Translations under genes and position numbers: made by a program
The notes under the pieces: generated by a model
The model's database searches: none
The model's input: only the letters and a program-made list of their open reading frames with translations
What the model was told of the DNA's origin: nothing
Assembly (NCBI RefSeq): GCF_032191835.1
Contig: NC_083230.1
Span: 89,962,001-90,026,000, forward strand
Source: Heteronotia binoei
Lineage: Eukaryota
Length of the DNA stretch: 64,000 bases
Direction: 5' to 3'
Shown: one piece after another, positions 28,756 through 42,849 of the stretch
Layout of the letters: each line of letters begins with the position of its first letter
Position numbering within the stretch: the first letter of the stretch is position 1

Positions 28756-29543
28756 TTAACAGTGAAGCCGGAGCTATCAGTTGTCTAGCTGAAGCTTAAT
28801 CTAGTTAGTTCATCTAACTATATCTAGCAAACCAGCTTACAAGCAATGCTTTGTAATTTGCTTTTTGCACAGTTATTATTTGAACTGGGCCTGCAGCTGC
28901 AAGGTCCATCATCTAAAGTGCAGACTCCATACTCTTGTTCATCAACAGATTTTACACCTGTGTGATGCCATTAAAATTCGATGGAGTTGCTCCCAATTGA
29001 TGTACTATTAGAAGCAATCAATCAAATCCAGTGTGCATCTTCTCCCTTACCTCCCACCTACCTTATATGCTTAGATCTTGCTAGCTGCACATGTTCAGTC
29101 CTGTGGGGGATAGAATAAGCAATGTATCCAGAGCAATTGGGCTAAATTGTGTATGTATGTGTTTATATATATCTCTACAGGGAAGGAAGAAGATACGTCT
29201 TCTGTTGATCAAGATGATGTGTACTTTATGGCATGCAGTGTAATTGTTGCCACATCCAGATGACAACACAATCCAGAGTTCTTGGTGGTAAAGACAGACA
29301 TTGTGTCTAAAGTAGGGGTGGCCAAATTTGTTTAATGTAAGAGCCATATAGAATAAGTGTCAAATGTTTGAGGAAGGAAGGAAAACAAATAGATGGGGAG
29401 GGAGAGAGATGAAAAGAAAGCAACTTTAACTTTAAATGTATTCTCCAAGCCACCAGATGGCTTGGCTTGGAGAGGTGATTTAAAGAGACAAATGCCTTCT
29501 TCAAGCCACATGACAGGGCAGTGGGGGCTTCAAGAGTTACACA

Positions 29544-29698
29544 ATGGCTGTGATCACACACACTAAATAATGCACTTTCGATCCACTTTCAATGCACTTT
29601 CCAACTGGATTTTGCCAGTTCACACAGTAAAATCCAGTTGGAAAGTGCACTGAAAGTGGATTGAAAGTGCATTATTTAGTGTGTGTGATCACAGTCAT
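29544..29698. mobile_element. Palindromic MITE, PIF/Harbinger-like termini
   Basis: 70-bp arms with 3 mismatches around a 15-nt loop; GGCTGTGATCACAC termini. Confidence 0.7.
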
Positions 29699-30670
29699 AA
29701 TATGTGAAAAAGCCACATGTGGCTCCCAAGCTGGCCTGGTAATTTACATAATGGAATGGAATCTAGTTTTCTGCTGGCCTGGCAATTTACATAATGGATG
29801 TATCAAGTTGAATACTGGAGTTTGCCATCTGTCTTGTCCCTCTCCACTGTTTCAAGTGGGCTACCTTCTTTTATTTAAAGCATAGCACAAATTTATTTAT
29901 TTACACATTCATCCTTTGTTTTTATTTTTTTTTAAATGAAACATCTAAGAACAGTTGCAAACTGCTGTGTGGTTCAGGGAGGTGACAATAGGGGTGCTAG
30001 CCAATCAGCACTGCTTATAGGCAGATTTTTCTGCACACTTGCTGGATTAAGCTGAAGCCTGGAAGAAGAAAGGCATGTGTTCACTGAACACAGCAAGGGT
30101 ATGTCCGAACTGCTCCCTATGGTCTGTAAATGTTATGCCTGTCTTCACTTTTGTACAATATGAGGCTGCCACAAAAATGTAATCCATGCTACAGGTAAAG
30201 CTGTTGATTTACTGCTATTCTGGACAATATTCATTATATAACTGACTATTAGACAAATAATTTGAATTCCTGAGAATCTCAAATTTATGCGGTGGATGTG
30301 AGAAGGCCCAGAAATTGACCATGTGCCATGCAATTCTACTATCTGCTTGGGTACCCAAAGGGCACATGTGTTGCACAGATATACAAATCTGACACAGGAG
30401 TTTTGACAGCTGAATTGTTTTTTTTAATGTGGTGTCAATCAGCCCCTGATAGAATAAAACACTTAGGAGGGAGTGGAAGAAGAGTTTCATCAGTATCAAA
30501 TGCAGGAACTAAAGTTCAGGGAGTAAAGGAGAAAAGATGGATTGGTGACAATGGGAAAGAATTCTTCAGGGATTTGGTTTTGTGGATCAATGGCAGCATT
30601 AGACTTTCATTTGGCCCTTCTGCAAGCTAACCTCCTGTACACCTTGCATAGACATTCCTTTTCTCTAGGA

Positions 30671-30811
30671 CAGGGGTGGCCAAGGGTAGCTCTCCAGATG
30701 TTTTTTTGCCTACAACTCCCATCAACCCCAGTCATTGGCCATGCTGGCTTGGGCTGATGGGAGTTGTAGGCAAAAAAAAAACATCCGGAGAGCTACCCTT
30801 GGCCACCCCTG
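30671..30811. mobile_element. Palindromic hAT (Charlie-like) MITE, same family as 4994-5129
   Basis: TIR CAGGGGTGGCCAA; TSD CTCTAGGA/CTCTAGAA. Confidence 0.85.
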
Positions 30812-31190
30812 CTCTAGAAGATGGTTCATAAATGTATGTTTATCCTTTGATTATTCATATGTATAAACAGCCACATAATGTAGATGAATACAGGACAATG
30901 TACACAGAGGAAGAAAAGGATCGAATACACTGGTCCTGGACCATCTGGGATTGAATGCACTTGCTTCACCATTATCACCACCCTGAGCATATGTGCCCCA
31001 TAACATGGGCACATACTATGCATATTAAAACTGTATGAGCATAAGCTTTGTCCCCATTATCACGCACACTGTCTTACACATGTTTATTCAGTACAGATCG
31101 CACTCCACAGAAAGAACTTTAATATTTCTCATTGTCAACTTCAGCGGTAATGCTTTTTGGTGGACACAGTTCACACATTCAGTCATTTAA

Positions 31191-31276
31191 AGTGCAATCC
31201 TAAAGAGAGTTACTCCAGTCTAAGCCCATTGAACTGAATGGGCTTAGACTGGAGTAACTTTCCTTAGGATTGCACT
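31191..31276. mobile_element. Short palindromic repeat element
   Basis: agtgcaatcctaa...gttactccagtctaagcccatt and aatgggcttagactggagtaac...ttaggattgcact; half copies near 51900 and 55600. Confidence 0.75.
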
Positions 31277-32291
31277 GTTAGTGTTGAATATTCTACTGAA
31301 ACACATGCATGTATGAACCAGTCCTAGATCTCTCTTTCTCAGTCTCACACATGTACAAGACATGTCCTTCTCTGGCATGCTTATTGCCACCTTAAACAGA
31401 CTCTACTTGTTATGAGTCATCCCTTGTCTCATTCTCAGCTGCCTTGTCTCGTCTCAGCTGCTTTCTCCAAAGTTGGCAATTCTGGAGTTCTGCATTCAGC
31501 TAAGTCCAACCTGTTCTTTAGACTGAAAAGATCCTTCATAGCTCCCTGAGATCAGTGCTGGATCTCAGTCCTGGATCTCACTTTCTCCTAATGCTTGAGT
31601 CCATTTGCCAAGCTTCTTAGCCATGACTTGTGTTAGATTATTTTGTTCTGCAAGGGCCAAGAGTCCTTAACTCACTGTGCCTTTGCCTGTGGAAGTGGCC
31701 CAGGTTTCCATAGCTCCATATCTTCTCCAAGCATAATAATATTATACTAGGAGTTGCTGCCCAGAACAGCTAAGGAGGAAATCTGATTCAGACACATGTA
31801 TGAACCCTGACATCACCAACATCTTCACTTTTTTTCCAGAAGATAGTGACAGGGAATATGCATCCTGCCTTCAGCAGACACTTTATTAAAATAACTTAGG
31901 AAGAATAATGTTGGAACAGACTACAGGTTCATCTAGTCCAGCACACTTTCCCCAGCAGTGACTGGCCAAATGCTTCTGGGAGATCACAAACTTGAAATAA
32001 AAATCTCTGCTGCTGTTTGACCACAGGATCTTGTAGGTGCACTGGCTACTAAATATGAAGGTTCAACTTCACTGTCAAACACATAACTACTTATGGGCTT
32101 ATTATCCATGAATCTGCCTAACCCTTTAACATATGCTTATTTTTAAAGCCAGCGTTGGGATGGGAGGGAGTGATAAAATGCTATCTCTGTAGAAATTCTG
32201 TATTAGAGAATAACACTGTTCACACCTTTTGCACTTATTAACCTCATCCCATGAGTACTGATCATACAACCCACTTTGCTAGTGTTGTTTA

Positions 32292-32680
<389 letters not shown>

Positions 32681-32731
32681 TGAAGAATAACAACTAGGGT
32701 ATTGTTTTAATGAGGACTTCTGATCTCCTTA

Positions 32732-32866
<135 letters not shown>

Positions 32867-33029
32867 CTATAAAGGAAATTTTCTATTTAGGGACGCTGAT
32901 TTGTTTTTTTATAGCCCATCTTTCCCATGTAACCCAAGGTAACATAAAGTTCCAAGAGTAAAAATATAATCCTCCCCCAAATTAACTCCCCTCCCCAAGA
33001 AAATGTCTGTAGCTCAAAGACCATTATAA

Positions 33030-33410
33030 GCACTCACATATAAAATGGCCTTACAAGGCCTCTTAAAAACTTCTGAAGACGCGATGGTCTAGCTCCTCAG
33101 GGAGCCTATTCTACATAGTGGGAGCTGCTTCACAGAAGGAACAATGGGCCAAGCAGGCCACCTTAAATGAACAACAGGAATATGGTAACCAGAAGACTGC
33201 ATTTGGTGCACAGGGACATAGGGCCAGAGAGTCCCTTCAGATATGTGGGCTTTAAAGGTCATAACCAGCTCCTTGAATTGAACCTGGAAACAAATCAGCA
33301 ACTCATGGAGCTGCTTTAAAATAGAGATATGTTCCATTGACAATAGTTGGGCTGCTGCATTCTCAGTTGCAGGTTCCAAGCTGTCTTCAAGGGCAGCCCA
33401 AGATGACATC
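33030..33410 (-). mobile_element. L2-clade LINE 3' remnant
   Basis: Translates LKQLHELLICFQVQFKELVMTFKA, close to the L2 ORF2 motif LxxLHWLPxxFRxxFKxLxxTFKA. Confidence 0.75.
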
Positions 33411-36048
33411 ATTAATTGGCTTGACATTTGCTTCAGCTGGCCTCTTATCCTTTGGTCCTTCTGATGACCTTTCTTACATAGGAGGTTCCTATACAGTACC
33501 AGTAAAGCAACTGTCCCCTTTGAGGTTTACTGAGATGACCCCTATCTACATTCCTCCTCTTGACACATAACCTCCTATTTGACTTGCATGATAGCATTAA
33601 CATGATTACTTATAATGCAGAATGGAAGTGCTTAGCACATTCTTCAACAATAATGATGGTTCCTACCAAAGTGGCAAATTTGAGAAGAGGGGACCAAGAA
33701 GACTTCAAAAAGGGATACACATTTCACACTTTCTATTGTTTGTAAGGAAGTGATCACAATCACAGGCACAAACTGTAATTCAGGCAGTGGTATGACCAAT
33801 CCCACAGTGGGTTGACCAGTGATGGGTCACTGAGCTAAATTACAGTTTGAACAGCGATGGAGTGATCAAAAAGCAACTTCACTTGGACATACTGAGACCT
33901 AAATTTGTGAAAAAGATTAGCTCAGAAGGAAAACAAGAGACAATTCTCATTTTACTTTGCAATCTCTGGTATCTCTGTTCCCAAGTTTACTGCAGAAGAA
34001 TCCAGCCAATTAAACATGTGTGGGCCTTTCCCAATTCATAGCATCTGGGTGCTGTCCATGGGACAATAAAATAGATTAACTGGCCTTCAATTGGACATGC
34101 TTTCTATGCACATTTAAATCTCAGCGATTTCAGTGAAGTATGCATGATGAGGGAAACATGGGGTTCCAACACTGCATTGCCTTCTTAACACAAATGTTGG
34201 AGAGACATGCAGAGGCAATCAGTCGCTGAGAAAGATCCATAATTCTTCTTCCACCTGCCAATTTCCTACTGCAAATGGCATCCCTGAGATATCTATTTTT
34301 TTCCTTTTTATCTTGGCAAACATGAGGTTGAAACCATGTGTTAGCCAAGATAACATCTAATTCTCCCTTCAAACATTTGTTATCTTTTCTGGATCCAATC
34401 CATTGTCTATTTGCCACAGTTAAGATGAATGAGCTGCAATTTTTGTCTGTCTGTTTGCCAGTGTCAGGTATGTAAGCTTATAAGTAGGTCATTGTCATAA
34501 TAGAGCAAGCCACATTGAAAGGAAAAAGCAAATGTACATGTTCACACGGTTTTCTAAACAAGTTTAGAAACTAATTTACAACTGTTTCAGTCAGCCAAAA
34601 CTGTCTTCTGCTAAATCCAGATTATCGGTCTACCTAGTGCCCTGCCATGTACTTTTACTGGCAGAGACTTCTCCTGCCTGCAAACAAGTCTTTTTAAAAG
34701 TTGTAAATGCAAAGTAGGGTCTTTGTGATTGTTTAATATTTAGCCATTCAGAAAAGTGAAAGATGCAGAAATATAAAGTATCTATCCTCCTAGAGAAAAA
34801 TCTAGGAGGATAGATGAAACCTAGGAGGAAAGGATTAAGAATACATTTTATGACTTGATGATGGCAAAAGGGAATCGTGCCCTTTATGCTTCACTCCTTC
34901 CCATTCTCAAATCAACTTTACAACCTGAAGTGTTAAAAAAATAATATGGAAACTTTGTGGGGTGCTACGGCATTTGTAAAATTTGCCTCAAGGACTAGTT
35001 GCTCTCACAGCCACCGGGGTACTCAACATGGTGTTCTCAATTTGTGTAAGGTTGATACAATTTCCAGCTTTGCCTTCAGAGAACTTGCTAGAAGGACAAC
35101 AGAAGCACCATGTGCTTGAAACTGAAGTCCTCCTGAGTGATGCAGCGACAATGACAAAGGGTATTCCATCTGACCACTGGCAGTATGTCCATCTTATGTG
35201 GGTCCTTCATCAAGCTATCCATCACCTATGTGAGCAAGCAAGGCAGTAGAAGAGACTGAAGATATGTGGCCTGCAGATGTTGAAGGTGCAATTCATCTGC
35301 TCCCCACATACTATTTGGATATGCCCCACTAAGAACAATTAATATTAGAACTGCTTTCCTGGATCACACCAAAGATCCACGTAAGCAGAGGTCAGTCAGG
35401 TTTCCCTTCTGCACCCACAAGCAGAACATGATGAGGATAGGCGTTCCCTGTTTATCCCTGCACTAGATAATCAGAGGAATGTGTTCTGTGAATTCATTTT
35501 CAGCTATTGCAGCTTAATAGTCATCTATCTGCCATAAATCTGTCAAGTCGCTTTTAATTCCATTTAAGTTTGTAGCCTCAACCACATCCTATGGGAATAA
35601 ATTCCATTAGTTAATTAGGCACAAGGCTTCACTTGTGCTGAACCATCAGCCAATCCATTTCACCAGATAACAACATTCCTGCATTTTAAGAGAGAAAAAC
35701 ATTCTCTGTCCATTCATTGGATTTGTAAAGCATTATTCTTCCCTGTTGTTTATGGCTCAAATAAAGTTTTTTGGCTGTAGAATGTAAGAAAATAGGTGAG
35801 GGGAAAAGAGCTCACGTTATTTCACTAGCACCAGAAAACATTGTAAACAAACAGAGACATAAAAGACATGACCAAGAAGGAACAAAAGGGAATCGATAAG
35901 GACTTTACTGGTGTGATCTCGTTGTAAAATTACCCTGTTTAAGTTTCATATTGGCTTCATTGTAGGTATATATAATAGTGGTATTATATATAAACATAGC
36001 AAACCAAGAAGAAGCAAGGAGTAACCAATATGAGAATGCTGCCAATTA

Positions 36049-36225
<177 letters not shown>

Positions 36226-37708
36226 CTATAAACAGATAAAGTAATTTTCTTTTATAAATGGCTCTCAAGAAAAGCTGTATGTAATAAAAAACAAATGTGC
36301 TAAAATGCCAGGCACACAGATATTACAGGAAAGCAAGCAAGCATGCAAAAGGCACTGTAAAGAGTGATCGAGTTCTGCCATTTTTTCTTCTTTTTGCCAG
36401 ACCAAATTTGACAACAATATGGGCTGCATCCTGCAGACACATTCCTCTGTCATGAACAGGCCTCTTCTGACCCAGAAGAGCCTCTTGAATGAGGAAGGTT
36501 TTTGGCAGAGCTTCTGCTAGCGGATGTGTTCTGTGGGATCCAACTCGATATCTCCTTACCACTCTTTACTGCCTTTCGATGGAGAAGTCTATGTCTGTTA
36601 TAACCAACTCCTACTAAGCCACTGGTTAATAGCAGCAGTTTGTCACTGGTTATGGTTGAAGGCTGAATAATAGTCTGGACTGCTGGTTTTCTTGCTGTGC
36701 TGTAGAGAATCCTGGCTTTCTCTGAAAACTTCTCAGGAGTTCTTTAATTAGAAGTCAGAAATAGAAGGCAAGCTCTAATGAAAAAACAGCTTGCCCAGCA
36801 CCACTTACCTTCCCCTGCAACATGCTGTAGAAAGAGAGCACTGGGTGTATTCTGAGAAGCCCTTTGTGTTCACATTAGGAAGGGATGAGGCCCAACAGCA
36901 CACTGGAGGAAATGAGTGTGCACCTTAGAATGTGTTCCAAAATTATTTTTCCCCATGCAATAGTTCTACAGCTAACATGCAAGAATTCTTCTGAAAATCA
37001 GCTGGTGATGAAAGGGTTCCCTGAAGATAGTTTGAAAACCATTATCTGTTCTGTAGAGTTTAAATGCCACACTCTGCCCTAAAACTCCTTGATCAATAAC
37101 AAGTTTTTTTAAAAAAAGATCAGTAGGCTTATATTAAGTTCCAATAGATTCCATCCCCCCATTCTTGTAGCTGTTCCTCTGAATTTTCCACTGCAAATTT
37201 AAAGGATTTTTCTTTGCTAACATATCAGTTTTCTATTTATTTACTGCATTTTTATCCTACTACTTCTCCAAGGAGTTCAAGATTGTGTACATAATTATCT
37301 TCTCTATTCTGTCTTGTGAGGTAAATTAAGCTGAGAGAGACTGACTGGTCCAAAATCACCTAGTAAGCTTTATGGCAGAGAGGAGATTTGAACCTACATC
37401 TTCAAGATCCTAGTTCAGCAACATAGCCACTACCCCACACTGGTTACATCAACATGTCATCAATATGTTCTTTCCTAGCAAAATTCTGAGAACAGCTGCA
37501 GAGGTGAGTAACTAATTCCTCAATTTGCCAGCGCAGTTGTCAACCCAACCATACAATTGTCTGAGAGATGATAAAGGATGTGCATGAATTGGACACATGG
37601 GATATTATTCCTGGCACTGCAGTATTTCATTACCAATCTGCCTTGGTTTCTAATTATACAAGTATATTTTCTACAAGTGGGGAGATTCCCTCTTCCCACC
37701 TTCTCACC

Positions 37709-38009
37709 TAGGGCTGCCAAGTCCCCCATGACTGCCGGCGGGGGACTTTTTTCTTGTGTGCACACATAGAGTCCCCCCCCCCAAATGCTAGAGTGTCCTT
37801 GCACAAAACCATAGAGTTTCAAATGAATTCCTAGAGCGTCCCACGCAAGTGCCTGATGTGATACATCACTTCTGGGTGACATCATCATGCTGTATGGTGA
37901 TGGGCTCTTTGGGGGGCGGGGATCCCCCTGGCAGCCTCCTCCCTGCTGGCGAGTTGGGGCTCACCAAACTTGGAGATTCCCCACCCCCAGTGGGAACTTG
38001 GGAGCCCTA
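37709..38009. mobile_element. hAT (Blackjack-like TIR) MITE
   Basis: TAGGGCTGCCA...GGGAGCCCTA; TSD TTCTCACC/TTCTCACT. Confidence 0.7.
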
Positions 38010-38017
38010 TTCTCACT

Positions 38018-38950
38018 GTGACTCCCAGGCCTGCATCTCCATTGCTGGCAGGCCCGGCACAACTCTCAAGCTACAACAGTGGCAGTGGCAAGCCCAGTGC
38101 AGCTACCAGGCTGTGCAGGTGGCAGCATGCCCAGCACGGCTTCCATTGGGCCCAGCACAGACCTCGAGCTGCACAGCCACCACTGGGCCCACTGCAAATT
38201 TCTGCCACTGCCACCAGAGCAGTGCAGAGGCCAGGTTGCACAGCCACTGGAACCAGAGTAGCTCCCCAGTGCCACTGCCACCAACGACAGAGGTAAGTGC
38301 TTGATTGGGAGGAGGGAATTTAACCCCCCTGGGTTTTTTTTTTAAAATCAGATTTTTCTGCAAATTTGGGAAGTTTTCCAAGTTTGCTGAAAAATCTGTT
38401 CAGGATCCATGTGGCCCCAATCCATGGATTTAAGTATTTGCAGATGGAGGACACATGTTGCTAGTAGTTTATGGACAAGTGGGTGTCCATGAAACTCATG
38501 GGAGGAATCCCATCTCCCCCCACACACACACACACACCATTGCTGAGCCTTGGAGCCTGGTGGCAGTGACTGGAAGCTGCTCTGAGTGGCTCCCAGTGCC
38601 TGTGTCCACCATCTCAGCAACAGGGCCCAGAGCAGCTCCCAGCATTTGCTGCCACCACAGCAAAGCCCTGAACAGTTCCTGGCAGCCACCACTGCCATGG
38701 CAAGGCCCTGGATGACTCCTGGCAACCACCACCACTGCAGCAGAGCCCAAAGCAGCTCCCAAATGGCCCACTACGGCTCCCAAAATTCACCACACAGGTA
38801 AGAAGGAAAGGGTTACTTTCCTGTTTGGGACATTTAAATCCTCCCATGTAGTTTTTTAAAAAAATTCAGACTTTTCTGCAAACCTGGGGAGGGGCCTGAA
38901 TTTGCTTAAAAAGAAAAATCTGTTTAGCCTGTGTGGGCCTGATCCACAGA
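38018..38950 (+). repeat. Two diverged tandem modules (GC-rich gccaccactgc repeats plus a shared downstream block)
   Basis: Each module ends with AG|GTAAG followed by tcaga(t/c)ttttctgcaaa...aaaaatctgtt; family unidentified. Confidence 0.5.
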
Positions 38951-39014
38951 TGGGGAGAGGCCTCAGGTGGATATTAGAATATAAAATAAGCTGTCTTGAG
39001 CAGTCTTTGAATGG

Positions 39015-39610
39015 GAAGAAGAAGAAGATTTTGGATTTTGAATTTATATCCCGCCCTATACTCTGAATCTCAAAGTCTCAGAGCGGCCACAATCTCCTCT
39101 ACCTCCCCGCCCCCAACAAACACCCTGTGAGATAGGTGGGGCTGAGAGTGCTTTCATAGCAGCTGCCCTTTCAAAGGACAGCTTCTATGAAAGCTATGGC
39201 TGACCCAAGGCTATCTCAGCAGGTGCAAGTGAAGGAGTGGGGAATCAAACCTGGTTCTCCCAGATAAGAGTCTGTGCACTTATCCACTACACCAAACTGG
39301 CTCTCAGACTAGAAATTCTCTAAACATGAATAAATAGAATCCCAGTTTGGTGTAGTGGAGAGCCAGTTTGGTGTAGTGGTTAAGTGTGTGGACTCTTACG
39401 TGGGAGAACCAGGTTTGATTCCCCACTCTTCCACTTGCACCTGCCGGAATGGCCTCTGGTAGAGGTTGTCCTTGAAAGGGCAGCTGCTGTCTCTCCAGCC
39501 CCACCTACCTCACAGGGTGTCTGTTGTGGGGGAGGAAGGTAAAGGCGATTGTGAGCCGCTCTGAGACTCTTCAGAGTGGAGGGCGGGATATAAATCCAAC
39601 ATCTTCACCT
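39015..39610. mobile_element. Head-to-head pair of Squam3-like SINEs (39015-39305 minus, about 39342-39610 plus)
   Basis: ttatccactacaccaaactggctctc faces gagagccagtttggtgtagtggttaa across a spacer of about 50 nt. Confidence 0.85.
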
Positions 39611-42364
39611 TCAGTTACAATTCTGAGCACTCCCATACTGGATTGAATTTTAAATTAAACAAAGGCAGTAAAAAGACAGCATACTATTACAAACAGTTTT
39701 TTTTATTCACAGCTCTCATTTCGTTCAAAAACATGCATGAGAGAATGAGGTGCACATTCCATGTGTCCAACAGAAGGCTAGTTTCAAGTCATTTTTTCAC
39801 TGCACTCTTGCTTATTACAGATCCAAACACACACACACACAAACACACACAGAGAGAGAATGAGAGAAAGATGTGTACAAAGTCTAAACACCAACTATTT
39901 CATCAGATAAAGTGGATTCTGTCCTACAACTATTAATATTACAATAAAAACATTAGGGCTGGAGCTTATCACAAGAGCTTGTAGATCTTTCTCCACCTTC
40001 CTCTTCCCAGGGGGACCCTCTGTGATCCTTAAAAAGACATTGCTGAGGGTCACAGGACTAAAAAACAACCAAAAGTGGGAGGGGCAGTAATGGAGTGGGG
40101 ATCAGGTAAAGTTTCTCCATCCCACCCTTGTGTCAAGAGAAAGCTTGTTTCAGTATACTTCCCAGGGCTAACAGAAGACCAAGATGGGGATGATACAGCT
40201 CAGTTCCCCCTCCCCACTGCAAAACCCTTTAAATAGCCCCCCTTTTTGTATTTTTTGTATTTTTTTTCATGTGTGTCTATCTGTACCTAGAAGTCATTTC
40301 TACCTCTTTTGACTGACCTCTACTGATCCACACAGATTCCACACTCTTAGTAATGCCCTTGTGGAAGTTGCTGTAGGAATGACGATCCACCTATGTAAAA
40401 ATGCCTCCTATTCACACAATCATAGGATCCAGCCCTTCATCTTCAAAGTGACAGAGGACTCTTGTTTCACTATAAGAGATAAATGCAGCTATATACCACT
40501 AGAAAGGCAAGTGAAATCTTCTGGGAAACCTAAGGACCAAGCCTGCAAGTTATATAGAAAATCTATGACATGCATGGAGAACTCTGAATCTGAGTGGAGA
40601 CAGCAATGGGGAATGGAGGGTTTAGCAATTTTCTCTTGTGCTGATTTCCTGATTTAAATCATGAATGCTTCTTAGTCTGGTCGGGGAGGGGGGAACAGGA
40701 ATTTGGTAAGAAAGCCAAGGAATATATTGCTTTAGGCGGCTCTAGGCAAGCAGTACAGAAGCACTAGACTGCAAATTAAGTAACACAATTCTAATCCATC
40801 GGCTAGCTAGCTCTGTCCTTTCAATGAAAGTTTCTACAGTTATCTCAGGATTCACTTGTCCTCCCCCTCCAAAAAAATTCCTTTTTATTTTGCTGGGTTT
40901 AGAAAACTTGTTGTTTTATTAATACAGGCTCCTAACAATCTGAAAGAGATAATCTGTTTGCTTCCCATTAGCAAAGACTCCCATCACACATGGTGAGAAA
41001 GTCTTTGAGTTTACTAATATGTGACAGCTGTTTTGCACACAGCAAAACTATTGCATGATAATCTGATTTGCTGGTCACACAAACCAAGTGTAAGGGAAAT
41101 TTCAAATTTGATTCTTTCTAAAAGGCATTCCGAACCACAGGATGCCAGACAGGACAGTTCTTTTTGCATTTTCTACCCCTGTAACATGGATGCTAAGCTA
41201 TAGCAGAGCAAGAAAATGCAGTTTATTTTAAGATAGCTTTCCCCTCAGCTGTGCATTCCACAGAAGGCTTCAGCAGACTTCGATAGGAGTAACTCTGCAT
41301 GCACTCTTTCTACAAATCTTGCCAGTTAACTTAAGACAACTCCCATCCCTCTGAAGAAAATTAATCGAATAAATGAAACAGGCAGTTTAACATAGTTACA
41401 ATCTCATCTTAACTCAATACAATTATTTAGTTACATTTAGATATTTATACCCTGCTTTTTTCTCCCCAATGGGGAATCAAAGTGACTTACACAACATCAG
41501 CTTCGCCTCCAGTTTTCTATCCTCACAACAACCATGTAAGGTAAGTTATACTGAAAGATAGTGATGGGCCCAAGATCCCCTAATGAGCTTTCATGACAGA
41601 ATGGGGATTTGAACACAGGTGTTCCAGATCCTAATCCAACACTATAACAACTACACCTGATTGGCTCAATCATTATGATTATTGTCAGGTACAATATACT
41701 GCTTTGATATACTGATGGTTAAGTTTAAGCACTACTAAACAAAAGAGAAATTTCTTAGAAGTAGCTGTGGGCTGGTGGTAATTGGATCAGGAACATGGTG
41801 TTAGGGCAGTTCTCTCTTAGTAGTCAAGCATAGCAATAATAGTGATGATGAAAAAGAAAAGGAAGTAAAGAAGCAAAGATAAATGTTTAATGTTATGTCA
41901 ATAAAGCAAGATTAAGTAGATAATTATATGTTCTTTTGCAAACTTGCTTCCAATTTTTTTTTAAATGGTGTCAGGGCAGAATGGGCTAATTGGCTCCATT
42001 TCCTGGACAGATATTGGTCACCACAAACCAGAAACCAGATTTTTTCCTTCCTTAAAAGACCAAAAAGTTGAGTGGAAGAAAACAATGCATGTTTATGCGC
42101 ATGTGCCACAGCATAACAGCCATAATCCAAATTCTCCCATCACATGGCTGCATTGGAAGCCCAAATTTGTCCAGTATAATAAATCACTAACATCATTAAA
42201 AATGCCGATACTAAATTACATTAAGACAAGTTTCAACTCAAGATTTCCTCAGAAGACAAAATGTAAGTTTTAAACAACATTACAGTTTTCAACTGCCACT
42301 GATGAGATTGTCTGAGGGAAGGGAAAGAACAGCTAGGTACTCAGGAACACATGAAGATGCCTCA

Positions 42365-42560
42365 TACAGAGCTGTCAGTATAGGACCTTGACCTATCAAG
42401 GTCAGTATTGCCTGCTCTGACTGGCAGCAACTCTCCAAGGTCTCAATAAGAGGTCTTTTGTATCACCTGCTAACATCCTTTTAACTGGAGATGCCAGGGA
42501 TTGTATCTAGGACTTTTTGCACACAAGACAGAGGCCTACCAATCTCATTCCAGCTGTGAA
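42365..42560 (-). mobile_element. tRNA-derived SINE (Squam2-like)
   Basis: aactggagatgccagggattg (B-box complement) and tail gtcagtattgcctgctctgactggcagc. Confidence 0.6.
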
Positions 42561-42849
42561 CTCCAAATCCTCTACCTACCAACTGCCACCAGTGAGGCCA
42601 ACAGAGGAAAGAGAGGCAACAGTTAGGCCCCTATCCAACACGGCTGAAGCTGAAAATCCCTTCCCTGAGGAAAATTTTGCACCAAATTTGCCATTAGATT
42701 TTGATAAACTGCTTTAGGAGTCCATACTTGGCTGAAATTTTTGATAAATACATAATCAATAAGCAGATAAATGAAATTCCCCATGATATATATTTATTTA
42801 CTTATGTTTTCCCTCTTCAGACACAGTATGCATACCTAAAAGGGGGAAA

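Noticed and set aside
37849-38847. Cluster of 60-150 aa ORFs on both strands
   Set aside because: Stop-poor GC-rich low-complexity repeat with no protein family resemblance.
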